Assembly (NCBI GenBank): GCA_013265495.1
Contig: MU057801.1
Coordinates: 1,295,879-1,359,878, forward strand
Length of the DNA: 64,000 nucleotides
Origin: Vicugna vicugna
Taxonomy: Eukaryota
Reading direction: 5' to 3'
Below are positions 63,101 to 64,000 of this stretch, one piece after another. Numbering within the stretch: the stretch's first letter is position 1; each line of letters starts with the position of its first letter. Position numbers and translations under genes: made by a program. The notes beneath the pieces were generated by a model. It searched no databases and was not told the origin of the DNA. It was given only the letters and a program-made list of their open reading frames with translations.

Positions 63101-64000
63101 CGGCCCAGACGAAATGCCCTTGATTTCAGCTGCCGAGCAGCAAGGACTCACGGGTGCCACTGCCATTTTAGACGGCCGCCTTGACACTCCTTCAGAAGAA
63201 CGTGCCCAGTTCTCAGCATTCTTTTACTTCCCATGATGCTGGTTTTGATCGTGTTTATTGAAATGCAGTTTTCTCTCTGATTAATCTAAAAAAGAAAATC
63301 TGGGCTTATATTTTGTTTGTCTTTTTTATTTTATCTTCTGATAATTCGTTGTTACTGTATTTTACAAAAATACTGGTCTGAGGCTGATTGGGAACTTAGA
63401 AAAACCTGGTCTTCCCCCTCAGATGCTTTGAGAAGCGCTGTGACAGAAGACTGGGTTCTCAGAGTTTGTGCGATCTAAGCGGGTGGACCCACGGGTGAGC
63501 TGGGGCAGTGGCGCAGGGTGGGGAGCTGGGTCCAGCCTCTCCTCCCATCCCACGCTGGGCTCTTTGGAACCCGGGTGTCCATTCAGTGAAGGAAGAACTT
63601 TTTCTTCTCACAGATGTGAGATTCCCGGGAAGCCTGCCGGCAGCTTCCTGCCAGAGGGACAGCTGTCTGTCCACGGACGAGCCATGCGCCCAGCCAGGAG
63701 GGGAGCCAGTTCCAACCGAGGCCCCCAGAGACTCCTGGTGGCATGAATCAGGGCCCCCAAAGGTCTTCTCTATCAGGAACATCAAAGGAAAGGGTATTTA
63801 GTGTCCAATGTAAAGGCTTACATCTGGATAGTCACAACCCAGCCACACAAGTGTGGAGCAAAAATGACACATGAGAAAGGGGTGTGGTTGATCCTCAGTA
63901 AGGCCAATTGAAGTCACTAAGCCAAAAACAGAAGAATTAAATTAAATTTTAAAAAGAATGTTTCTAGATTCCATTCATGGGAATTCATATCTGGTCCAAA

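Noticed and set aside
1..64000. A novel multi-gene or prokaryote-type system
   Set aside because: The window is mammalian with one intact gene; there are no operons, arrays or unexplained long coding regions.

Overview
Mammalian genomic DNA, probably camelid (inferred from two Vic-1-type tRNA-derived SINEs). The only clearly intact protein-coding gene is the two-exon NK2 homeobox gene NKX2-2 on the minus strand: CDS 35407-35149 joined to 34239-33677, 822 nt, 273 aa, with TN/eh1, Tyr54 homeodomain and NK2-SD motifs. It lies in a CpG-rich domain (~27-47 kb) where I recognise no transposons. That domain contains a TATA/Inr core promoter, a perfect-GLI-site enhancer ~1.8 kb upstream and several motif-dense candidate enhancers. 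The flanks carry ordinary L1, L2, MIR, LTR and SINE relics. The most unusual items are: (1) an intronless, internally deleted cTAGE5/MIA2-like retrocopy at ~6.5-7.3 kb that is one G short of a 210-aa ORF; (2) a cryptic splice acceptor just upstream of the NKX2-2 TATA box that would let distal first exons add two uORFs; (3) a perfect RFX X-box flanked by MEIS and NK2 motifs at 8.8 kb. I see no convincing evidence of a wholly new biological system. Repeat family names, most repeat boundaries and protein comparisons come from recall of consensus sequences, not from database searches.
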